A DNA stretch of 64,000 bases. Source: Bugula neritina. Lineage: Eukaryota; Animalia; Bryozoa. The translations under genes and the position numbers were made by a program. Where the stretch lies: the NCBI GenBank assembly GCA_964035545.1, contig OZ037767.1, positions 18,196,259 through 18,260,258 on the forward strand, written 5' to 3'. Numbering within the stretch: position 1 is the first letter of the stretch; each line of letters begins with the position of its first letter. Of the stretch, positions 15,401 to 29,200 are shown one piece after another. The notes under the pieces were generated by a model, which had not been told where the DNA came from, ran no database searches, and was given only the letters and a program-made list of their open reading frames with translations.

Positions 15401-17279
15401 TTATACTGACATACGCTGTAACATATTGAAATACGCTGCAACGCTTTGAAATATACTGTAACTCACTGAAATATACTGCAACATACTGAAATACACTGTA
15501 ACATACTGAAGTATACTGCATCATACTGAAATAAACTGCTACATACTGAAATATACTTCAAGATACTGCAACAAACTGAAATACACTGTAACATACTGAA
15601 ATACACTGCAACATACTGCATTATACTGACATACACTGGAACATATTGAAATATACTGCAACAAATTGAAGTATACTGCAACACACTGAAACATACGGCA
15701 ACATACTGAAATATACTGCGACACATTGAAATATACTGCAACATACTGAAATACACTGTATCATACTGAAATAAACTGCAACACACTGAAGTGTACTGTA
15801 ATATACAGACATGTACTGTAACAAACTGAAACATACGTCAACATACTAAAATGTACTGCAACATACTGAGATACACTGTAATATACTGAAATATACTGCA
15901 ACCTACTGCAACATACTGACATACGCTGTAACATATTGAAATACACTGCAACACATTGAAATATACTCTAACTCACTGAAATATAGTGTAATATACGGAA
16001 ATGTACTGTGACATACTGGAATATACTGTAACACAATGAAATATACTTCAACATACTGAAATACGCTGTAACATACTGAAATATACTGCAACCTACTGCA
16101 ACATACTGAAATACACTGTAACATACTGAAATACACTGCAACATACTACAACATACTGAAATACACTGTAACATATTGAAATACACTGCAACACACTGAA
16201 ATATACTGCAACATACCGAAATATATGGTAGACTACTGAAAAATACTGTAACACATTGAAAAATACTGCAACATACTGAAATATACTGTAACACACTGAA
16301 ATATACTGCAACATACTGAAATACACTGTAACATACTGAAATACACTGTAACATACTGAAATACACTGCGACATACTACAACATACTGAAATACACTGTA
16401 ACATATTGAAATACACTGCAATACACTGAAACATATTGAAATACACTGCAACACACTGAAATATACTGCAACATACCGAAATAAATGATAAACTACTGAA
16501 ATATACTGTAACACATTGAAAAATACTGCAACATATTGAAATATAGTGTAACACACTGAAATATACTGCAACATACTGAAATACACTGTAACATACTAAA
16601 ATATACTGCAACATACTGAAATACACTGCTACATACTGAAATATACTGCAACATACTGCAAAATTCTGAAATACACTGTAACATACTGAAATACGCTGAA
16701 ACATACTGCAACATATTGAAATACACTGCAACACATCGAATTATACTGCAACATACCTAAATATACAGTAATATACTGAAATATACTGTAACACATTGAA
16801 AAGCACTGCAACATACTGAAATACACTGTATCATACTGAAATAAACTGCAACACACTGAAGTGTACTGTAATATACAGACATGTACTGTAACAAACTGAA
16901 ACATACGTCAACATACTAAAATGTACTGCAACATACTGAGATACACTGTAATATACTGAAATATACTGCAACCTACTGCAACATACTGACATACGCTGTA
17001 ACATATTGAAATACACTGCAACACATTGAAATATACTCTAACTCACTGAAATATAGTGTAATATACGGAAATGTACTGTGACATACTGGAATATACTGTA
17101 ACACAATGAAATATACTTCAACATACTGAAATACGCTGTAACATACTGAAATATACTGCAACCTACTGCAACATACTGAAATACACTGTAACATACTGAA
17201 ATACACTGCAACATACTACAACATACTGAAATACACTGTAACATATTGAAATACACTGCAACACACTGAAATATACTGC
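5741..17279 (+). repeat. 4280-bp higher-order repeat, about 2.7 tandem copies
   Basis: Offsets 5892/10172/14452, 6903/11183/15463 and 8878/13158. GATC marker at 5773, 10053 and 14333. Identity ends at 13000 versus 17280. Confidence 0.95.
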
Positions 17280-17890
17280 AACATACCGAAATATATGGTA
17301 GACTACTGAAAAATACTGTAACACATTGAAAAATACTGCAACATACTGAAATATACTGTAACACACTGAAATATACTGCAACATACTGAAATACACTGTA
17401 ACATACTGAAATACACTGTAACATACTGAAATACACTGCGACATACTACAACATACTGAAATACACTGTAACATATTGAAATACACTGCAATACACTGAA
17501 ACATATTGAAATACACTGCAACACACTGAAATATACTGCAACATACCGAAATAAATGGTAAACTACTGAAATATACTGTAACACATTGAAAAATACTGCA
17601 ACTTATTGAAATATAGTGTAACACACTGAAATATACTGCAACATACTGAAATACACTGTAACATACTAAAATATACTGCAACATACTGAAATACACTGCT
17701 ACATACTGAAATATACTGCAACATACTGCAAAATTCTGAAATACACTGTAACATACTGAAATACGCTGAAACATACTGCAACATATTAAAATACACTGCA
17801 ACACATCGAATTATACTGCAACATACCTAAATATACAGTAATATACTAAAATATACTGTAACACATTGAAAAGCACTGCAACATACTGAA
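15741..17890 (+). repeat. 1070-bp tandem duplication (also present with a truncated second copy at about 7181-8720 and 11461-13000)
   Basis: Offsets 15761/16831, 16093/17163, 7201/8271 and 11481/12551. Junction lies just after aagcactgca at 16801-16810. Confidence 0.92.
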
Positions 17891-19770
17891 ATATACTGAA
17901 AGACACTGCTACATACTGAAATATACTGCAACATACCTAAATATACGGCAATATACTGAAATATACTGTAACACATTGAAAAACACTGCAACATACTGAA
18001 CTATACTGCAAGATACTGAAATACACTGTAACATACCGAAATATACTGCAACATACTGCATTATACTGACATACGCTGTAACATATTGAAATACACTGCA
18101 ACACATTGAAATATAATCTAACTCACTAAAATATAGTGTAATATACGGAAATGTACTTTGACATACTGGAATATACTGTAACACAATGAAATATACTTCA
18201 ACATACTGAAATACGCTGGAACATACTGAAATATACTGCAACCTACTGCAACATACTGAAATACACTGTAACATACTGAAATACACTGCAACATACTACA
18301 ACATACTGAATTACACTGTAACATATTGAAATACACTGCAACGCACTGAAATATACTGCAACATACCGAAATATATGGTAAACTACTGAAAAATAATGTA
18401 AAACATTGAAAAATACTGCAACATACTGAAATATACTGTAACACACTGAAATATACTGCAACATACTGAAATACACTGTAACATACCGAAATATACTGCA
18501 ACATACTGAAATACACTGCTACATACTGAAATATACTGCAAAATACTGCAACATACTGAAATACACTGTAACATACTGAAATACACTGCAACACACTACA
18601 ACATACAGAAATACAGTGTAACATATTGAAATACACTGCAACACAATGATATATACTGCAACATACCGAAATATATGGTAAACTACTGAAATATACTGTA
18701 ACACATTGAAAAATACTGCAACATAAAGAAATATACTGTGACACACTGAAATATACTGCAACATACTGAAATACACTGTAACATACTGAAGTATACTGCA
18801 ACATACTGAAATAGACTGCTACATACTGAAATATACTGAAAGACACTGCTACATACTGAAATATACTGCAACATACCTAAATATACGGTAATATACTAAA
18901 ATATACTGTAACACATTGAAAAACACTGCAACATACTGAACTATACTGCAAGATACTGAAATACACTGTAACATACCGAAATATACTGCAACATAGTGCA
19001 TTATACTGACATACGCTGTAACATATTGAAATACACTGCAACACATTGAAATATAATCTAACTCACTAAAATATAGTGTAATATACGGAAATGTACTTTG
19101 ACATACTGGAATATACTGTAACACAATGAAATATACTTCAACATACTGAAATACGCTGGAACATACTGAAATATACTGCAACCTACTGCAACATACTGAA
19201 ATACACTGTAACATACTGAAATACACTGCAACATACTACAACATACTGAATTACACTGTAACATATTGAAATACACTGCAACGCACTGAAATATACTGCA
19301 ACATACCGAAATATATGGTAAACTACTGAAAAACAATGTAAAACATTGAAAAATACTGCAACATACTGAAATATACTGTAACACACTGAAATATACTGCA
19401 ACATACTGAAATACACTGTAACATACCGAAATATACTGCAACATACTGAAATACACTGCTACATACTGAAATATACTGCAAAATACTGCAACATACTGAA
19501 ATACACTGTAACATACTGAAATACACTGCAACACACTACAACATACAGAAATACAGTGTAACATATTGAAATACACTGCAACACAATGATATATACTGCA
19601 ACATACCGAAATATATGGTAAACTACTGAAATATACTGTAACACATTGAAAAATACTGCAACATAAAGAAATATACTGTGACACACTGAAATATACTGCA
19701 ACATACTGAAATACACTGTAACATACTGAAGTATACTGCAACATACTGAAATAGACTGCTACATACTGAA
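17881..19770 (+). repeat. 940-bp tandem duplication
   Basis: Offsets 17909/18849, 18243/19183 and 18519/19459. Markers atataatcta (18111, 19051) and acataaagaa (18721, 19661). Confidence 0.93.
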
Positions 19771-20483
19771 ATATACTTCAAGATACTGCAACAAACTGAT
19801 ATACACTGTAACATACTGAAATACACTGCAACATACTGCATTATACTGACATCTACTGGGACATATGGAATTACACTGCAACAAATTGAGAACACTGCGA
19901 CGCACTGAAACATACGTCAACATACTAAAATGTACTGCAACATACTGAGATACACTGTAATATACTGAAATATACTGCAACCTACTGCAACATACTGACA
20001 TACGCTGTAACATATTGAAATACAGTGCAACACATTGAAATATACTCTAACTAACTGAAATATAGTGTAATATACGGAAATGTACTGTGACATACTGGAA
20101 TATACTGTAACACAATGAAATATACTTCAACATACTGAAATACGCTGTAACATACTGAAATATACTGCAACCTACTGCAACATACTACAATACACTGTAA
20201 CATACTGAAATACACTGCAACATACTACAACATACTGAAATACACTGTAACATATTGAAATACACTGCAACACACTGAAATATACTGCAACATACCGAAA
20301 TATATGGTAAACTACCGAAAAATACTGTAACACATTGAAAAATACTGCAACATACTGAAATATACTGTAACACACTGAAATATACTGCAACATACTGAAA
20401 TACACTGTAACATACTGAAATATACTGCAACATACTGAAATACGCTGCTACATACTGAAATATACTGCAAAATACTGCAACAT

Positions 20484-21954
20484 ACTGAAATACACTGTAA
20501 CATACTGAAATACACTGCAACATACTGCATTATACTGACATCTACTGGGACATATGGAATTACACTGCAACAAATTGAAGTACACTGCGATGCACTGAAA
20601 CATCTGGCAATATACTGAAACGTACTGCGACACATTGATATATACTGCAACATACTGAAATATGCTGTAGCGTACCGAAATTCACTGCAACACACTGAAG
20701 TATACTGTAATATACAGAAATGTAATGTAACAAACTGAAACATACGTCAACATACTGAAATGTACTGCAACATACTGAAATACACTGTAATATACTGAAT
20801 TACACTGCAACATACTGCAACATACTGAAATACGCTGTAACATATTGAAATACACTGCAACGCACTGAAATATACTGCAACATACCGAAATATATGGTAA
20901 ACTACTGAAAAATAATGTAAAACATTGAAAAATACTGCAACATACTGAAATATACTGTAACACACTGAAATATACTGCAACATACTGAAATACACTGTAA
21001 CATACCGAAATATACTGCAACACACTACAACATACAGAAATACAGTGTAACATATTGAAATACACTGCAACACAATGATATATACTGCAACATACCGAAA
21101 TATATGGTAAACTACTGAAATATACTGTAACACATTGAAAAATACTGCAACATAAAGAAATATACTGTGACACACTGGAATATACTGCAACATACTGAAA
21201 TACACTGTAACATACTGAAGTATACTGCAACATACTGAAATAGACTGCTACATACTGAAATATACTTCAAGATACTGCAACAAACTGAAATACACTGTAA
21301 CATACTGAAATACACTGCAACATACTGCATTATACTGACATCTACTGGGACATATGGAATTACACTGCAACAAATTGAAGTACACTGCGATGCACTGAAA
21401 CATCTGGCAATATACTGAAACGTACTGCGACACATTGATATATACTGCAACATACTGAAATATGCTGTAGCGTACCGAAATTCACTGCAACACACTGAAG
21501 TATACTGTAATATACAGAAATGTAATGTAACAAACTGAAACATACGTCAACATACTGAAATGTACTGCAACATACTGAAATACACTGTAATATACTGAAT
21601 TACACTGCAACATACTGCAACATACTGAAATACGCTGTAACATATTGAAATACACTGCAACGCACTGAAATATACTGCAACATACCGAAATATATGGTAA
21701 ACTACTGAAAAATAATGTAAAACATTGAAAAATACTGCAACATACTGAAATATACTGTAACACACTGAAATATACTGCAACATACTGAAATACACTGTAA
21801 CATACCGAAATATACTGCAACACACTACAACATACAGAAATACAGTGTAACATATTGAAATACACTGCAACACAATGATATATACTGCAACATACCGAAA
21901 TATATGGTAAACTACTGAAATATACTGTAACACATTGAAAAATACTGCAACATA
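20484..21954 (+). repeat. 800-bp tandem duplication (about 1.8 copies)
   Basis: Offsets 20682/21482 and 20747/21547. Marker cgtaccgaaa at 20671 and 21471. Confidence 0.9.
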
Positions 21955-22340
21955 TTGAAATATAGTGTAACACACTGAAATATACTGCAACATACTGAAA
22001 TACACTGTAACATACTAAAATATACTGCAACATACTGAAATACACTGCTACATACTGAAATATACTGCAACATACTGCAAAATTCTGAAATACACTGTAA
22101 CATACTGAAATACGCTGAAACATACTGCAACATATTGAAATACACTGCAACACATCGAATTATACTGCAACATACCTAAATATACAGTAATATACTGAAA
22201 TATACTGTAACACATTGAAAAGCACTGCAACATACTGAAATACACTGTATCATACTGAAATAAACTGCAACACACTGAAGTGTACTGTAATATACAGACA
22301 TGTACTGTAACAAACTGAAACATACGTCAACATACTAAAA

Positions 22341-25300
22341 TATACTGCAACATACTGAAATAGACTGCTACATACTGAAATATACTTCAAGATACTGCAA
22401 CAAACTGAAATACACTGTAACATACTGAAATACACTGCAACATACTGCATTATACTGACATCTACTGGGACATATGGAATTACACTGCAACAAATTGAAG
22501 TACACTGCGACGCACTGAAACATACGTCAACATACTAAAATGTACTGCAACATACTGAGATAAACTGTAATATACTGAAATATACTGCAACCTACTGCAA
22601 CATACTGACATACGCTGTAACATATTGAAATACAGTGCAACACATTGAAATATACTCTAACTAACTGAAATATAGTGTAATATACGGAAATGTACTGTGA
22701 CATACTGGAATATACTGTAACACAATGAAATATACTTCAACATACTGAAATACGCTGTAACATACTGAAATATACTGCAACCTACTGCAACATACTAAAA
22801 TACACTGTAACATACTGAAATACACTGCAACATACTACAACATACTGAAATACACTGTAACATATTGAAATACACTGCAACACACTGAAATATACTGCAA
22901 CATACCGAAATATATGGTAAACTACTGAAAAATACTGTAAAACATTGAAAAATACTGCAACATACTGAAATATACTGTAACACACTGAAATATACTGCAA
23001 CATACTGAAATACACTGTAACATACTGAAATATACTGCAACATACTGAAATACGCTGCTACATACTGAAATATACTGCAAAATACTGCAACATACTGAAA
23101 TACACTGTAACATACTGAAATACACTGCAACATACTGCATTATACTGACATCTACTGGGACATATGGAATTACACTGCAACCAATTGAAGTACACTGCGA
23201 TGCACTGAAACATCTGGCAATATACTGAAACGTACTGCGACACATTGATATATACTGCAACATACTGAAATATGCTGTAGCGTACCGAAATTCACTGCAA
23301 CACACTGAAGTATACTGTAATATACAGAAATGTAATGTAACAAACTGAAACATACGTCAACATACTGAAATGTACTGCAACATACTGAAATATACTGCAA
23401 CATACTGAAATACACTGTAACATACCGAAATATACTGCAACATACTGAAATACACTGCTACATACTGAAATATACTGCAAAATACTGCAACATACTGAAA
23501 TACACTGTAACATACTGAAATACACTGCAACACACTACAACATACAGAAATACAGTGTAACATATTGAAATACACTGCAACACAATGATATATACTGCAA
23601 CATACCGAAATATATGGTAAACTACTGAAATATACTGTAACACATTGAAAAATACTGCAACATAAAAAAATATACTGTGACACACTGAAATATACTGCAA
23701 CATACTGAAATACACTGTAACATACTGAAGTATACTGCAACATACTGAAATAGACTACTACATACTGAAATATACTTCAAGATACTGCAACAAACTGAAA
23801 TACACTGTAACATACTGAATTACACTGCAACATACTGCATTATACTGACATCTACTGGGACATATGGAATTACACTGCAACAAATTGAAGTACACTGCGA
23901 TGCACTGAAACATCTGGCAATATACTGAAACGTACTGCGACACATTGATATATACTGCAACATACTGAAATATGCTGTAGCGTACTGGAATTCACTGCAA
24001 CACACTGAAGTATACTGTAATATACAGAAATGTAATGTAACAAACTGAAACATACGTCAACATACTGAAATGTACTGCAACATACTGAAATACACTGTAA
24101 TATACTGAATTACACTGCAACATACTGCAACATACTGAAATACGCTGTAACATATTGAAATACACTGCAACGCACTGAAATATACTGCAACATACCGAAA
24201 CATATGGTAAACTACTGAAAAATAATGTAAAACATTGAAAAATACTGCAACATACTGAAATATACTGTAACACACTGAAATATACTGCAACATACTGAAA
24301 TACACTGTAACATACCGAAATATACTGCAACATACTGAAATACACTGCTACATACTGAAATATACTGCAAAATACTGCAACATACTGAAATACACTGTAA
24401 CATACAGAAATACACTGCAACACACTACAACATACAGAAATACAGTGTAACATATTGAAATACACTGCAACACAATGATATATACTGCAACATACCGAAA
24501 TATATGGTAAACTACTGAAATATACTGTAACACATTGAAAAATACTGCAACATAAAGAAATATACTGTGACACACTGAAATATACTGCAACATACTGAAA
24601 TACACTGTAACATACTGAAGTATACTGCAACATACTGAAATAGACTGCTACATACTGAAATATACTTCAAGATACTGCAACAAACTGAAATACACTGTAA
24701 CATACTGAAATACACTGCAACATACTGCATTATACTGACATCTACTGGGACATATGGAATTACACTGCAACAAATTGAAGTACACTGCGACGCACTGAAA
24801 CATACGTCAACATACTAAAATGTACTGCAACATACTGAGATACACTGTAATATACTGAAATATACTGCAACCTACTGCAACATACTGACATACGCTGTAA
24901 CATATTGAAATACAGTGCAACACATTGAAATATACTCTAACTAACTGAAATATAGTGTAATATACGGAAATGTACTGTGACATACTGGAATATACTGTAA
25001 CACAATGAAATATACTTCAACATACTGAAATACGCTGTAACATACTGAAATATACTGCAACCTACTGCAACATACTAAAATACACTGTAACATACTGAAA
25101 TACACTGCAACATACTACAACATACTGAAATACACTGTAACATATTGAAATACACTGCAACACACTGAAATATACTGCAACATACCGAAATATATGGTAA
25201 ACTACTGAAAAATACTGTAAAACATTGAAAAATACTGCAACATACTGAAATATACTGTAACACACTGAAATAAACTGCAACATACTGAAATACACTGTAA

Positions 25301-25670
25301 CATACTGAAATATACTGCAACATACTGAAATACGCTGCTACATACTGAAATATACTGCAAAATACTGCAACATACTGAAATACACTGTAACATACTGAAA
25401 TACACTGCAACATACTGCATTATACTGACATCTACTGGGACATATGGAATTACACTGCAACCAATTGAAGTACACTGCGATGCACTGAAACATCTGGCAA
25501 TATACTGAAGCGTACTGCGACACATTGATATATACTGCAACATACTGAAATATGCTGTAGCGTACTGAAATTCACTGCAACACACTGAAGTATACTGTAA
25601 TATACAGAAATGTAATGTAACAAACTGAAACACACGTCAACATACTGAAATGTACTGCAACATACTGAAA
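22341..25670 (+). repeat. Mosaic block: about 1050 bp repeated at offset 2280 (22341-23390 / 24621-25670), with an overlapping segment of about 520 bp at offset 890
   Basis: Offsets 22782/25062 and 22922/25202 (2280), and 23458/24348 and 23622/24512 (890). Variant ccaattgaag at 23181 and 25461. Confidence 0.88.
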
Positions 25671-26220
25671 TACACTGTAATATACTGAATTACACTGCAA
25701 CATACTGCAACATACTGAAATACGCTGTAACATGTTGAAATACACTGTAACACATGAAATATACTGTAACTCACTGAAATATAGTGTAATATAGGTAAAT
25801 GTACTGCAACATACTGGAATATACGGCAACATACAGAAATATACTGCGACAGATTGAAATATACTGCAACATACTGAAATTTAATGCAAGATACTGCAAT
25901 ATACTGAAATACACCATGACATACTGAGATACATTGCAACATACTGCAACATACTGCAACATACTGAAATACACTGTAACATATTGAAATACACTGCAAC
26001 ACATTGAAATCTACTGCAACATACTGCAACATACTGAAATACGCTGTAAAATACTGAGATACACTGCAACATACTGAATTATACTGACATACACTGGAAC
26101 ATATTGAAATATACTGCAACAAATTGAAGTATACTGCAACACACTGAAACATACGGCAACATGCTGAAATATACTGCGACACATTGAAATATACTGCAAC
26201 ATACTGAAATACACTGTATC

Positions 26221-29200
26221 ATACTGAAGTAAACTGCAACACACTGAAGTGTACTGTAATATACAGACATGTACTGTAACAAACTGAAACATACGTCAAC
26301 ATACTAAAATGTACTGCAACATACTGAGATACACTGTAATATACTGAAATATACTGCAACCTACTGCAACATACTGACATACGCTGTAACATATTGAAAT
26401 ACTTTGCAACACATTGAAATATACTCTAACTCACTGAAATATAGTGTAATATACGGAAATGTACTGTGACATACTGGAATACACTGTAACACAATGAAAT
26501 ATACTTCAACATACTGAAATACGATGTAACATACTGAAATATACTGCAACCTACTGCAACATACTGAAACACACTGTAACATACTGAAATACACTGCAAC
26601 ATACTGAATTATACTGACATACACTGGGACATATTGAAATACACTGCAACAAATTGAAGTATACTGCAACACACTGAAGCATACGCCGACACACTGAAAA
26701 ATACTGCGACACATTGAAATATACTGCAACATACTGCAACATACTGAAATACATTGTAACATACTGAAATACACTGCAACATACTACAACATACTGAAAT
26801 ACACTGTAACAGATCGAATTACACTGCAACAAATTGAAATATACTGCAACATACCAAAATATACGATAAACTACTGAAATATCCTGTAACACATTGAGAT
26901 ACACTTTAACATACTGAAATATACTGCAACCTACTGCAACATACTGACATACGCTGTAACATATTGAAATACACTGCAACACATTGAAATATACTCTAAC
27001 TCACTGAAACATAGTGTAATATACGGAAATGTACTGTGACATACTGGAATATACTGTAACACAATGAAATATACGTCAACATACTGAAATACGCTGTAAC
27101 ATACTGAAATATACTGCAACCTACTGCAACATACTGAGATACACTGTAACATATTGAAATACACTGCAACATACTGCAACATACTGCAACATACTGAAAT
27201 ACACTGTAACATATTGAAATACACTGCAACACCTTGAAATATACTGCAATACAGTGAAACATACGGCAACATACTGAAATATACTGCGACACATTGCAAT
27301 ATACTGCAACATACTGAAATATGCTGTAGCATACTGAAATACACTGCAACACACTGAAGTATACTGTAATAGACAGAAATGTACTGTTACAAACTGAAAC
27401 ATACGTCAACATACTGAAATGTACTGCAACATACTGAGATACACTGTAATATACTGAATTACACTGCAACATACTGCAACATACTGAAATACGCTGTAAC
27501 ATATTGAAATACACTGCAACACATTGAAATATACTGTAACTCACTGAAATATAGTGTAATATACGGAAATGTACTGTAACATACTGGAATATACTATAAC
27601 ACACTGAAATACACTGTAACATACTGCAACATTCTAAAATACACTGTAACATATCGAAATACACTGCCACACACTGAAATATACTGCAACATACCGAAAT
27701 CAATGGTAAACTACTGAAATATACTGTAACACAATGAAAAACACTGCAACATACTGAACTATACTGCAAGATACTGCAACATACTGAAATACACTGTAAC
27801 ATACTGAACCACACTGCAACATACTGCATTATACTGACATACGCTGTAACATATTGAAATACACTGCAACGCTTTGAAATATACTGTAACTCACTGAAAT
27901 ATACTGCAACAAACTGAAATACAATGTAACATACTGAAATACACTGCAACATACTGCATTATACTGACATACACTCGAACATATTGAAATATACTGCAAC
28001 AAATTGAAGTATACTGCAACACACTGAAACATACGGCAACATACTGAAATATACTGCGACACATTGAAATATACTGCAACATACTGAAATACACTGTATC
28101 ATACTGAAATAAACTGCAACACACTGAAGTGTACTGTAATATACAGACATGTACTGTAACAAACTGAACCATACGTCAACATACTAAAATGTACTGCAAC
28201 ATACTGAGATACACTGTAATATACTGAAATATAATGCAACCTACTGCAACATACTGACATACGCTGTAACATATTGAAATACACTGCAACACATTGAAAT
28301 ATACTCTAACTCACTGAAATATAGTGTAATATACGGAAATGTACTGTGACATACTGGAATATACTGTAACACAATGAAATATACTTCAACATACTGAAAT
28401 ACGCTGTACCATACTGAAATATACTGCAACCTACTGCAACATACTGAAATACACTGTAACATACTGAAATACACTGCAACATACTACAACATACTGAAAT
28501 ACACTGTAACATATTGAAATACACTGCAACACACTGAAATATACTGCAACATACCGAAATATATGGTAGACTACTGAAAAACACTGTAACACATTGAAAA
28601 ATACTGCAACATACTGAAATATACTGTAACACACTGAAATATACTGCAACATACTGAAATACACTGTAACATACTGAAATACACTGTAACATACTGAAAT
28701 ACACTGCGACATACTACAACATACTGAAATACACTGTAACATATTGAAATACACTGCAATACACTGAAACATATTGAAATACACTGCAACACACTGAAAT
28801 ATACTGCAACATACCGAAATAAATGGTAAACTACTGAAATATACTGTAACACATTGAAAAATACTGCAACATATTGAAATATAGTGTAACACACTGAAAT
28901 ATACTGCAACATACTGAAATACACTGTAACATACTAAAATATACTGCAACATACTGAAATACACTGCTACATACTGAAATATACTGCAACATACTGCAAC
29001 ATACTGAAATACACTGTAACATACTGAAATACGCTGAAACATACTGCAACATATTGAAATACACTGCAACACATCGAATTATACTGCAACATACCTAAAT
29101 ATACAGTAATATACTGAAATATACTGTAACACTTTGAAAAGCACTGCAACATACTGAAATATACTGAAAGACACTGCTACATACTGAAATATACTGCAAC

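Noticed and set aside
5741-17279. Near-identical HOR copies as a pure assembly artefact
   Set aside because: Copies carry private or nested SNPs (tatatgtcaa at 10311 and 14591 but not 6031; cacaacgaaa at 14581; cagattgaaa at 14351), which fits real duplications, although read-level confirmation is still needed.
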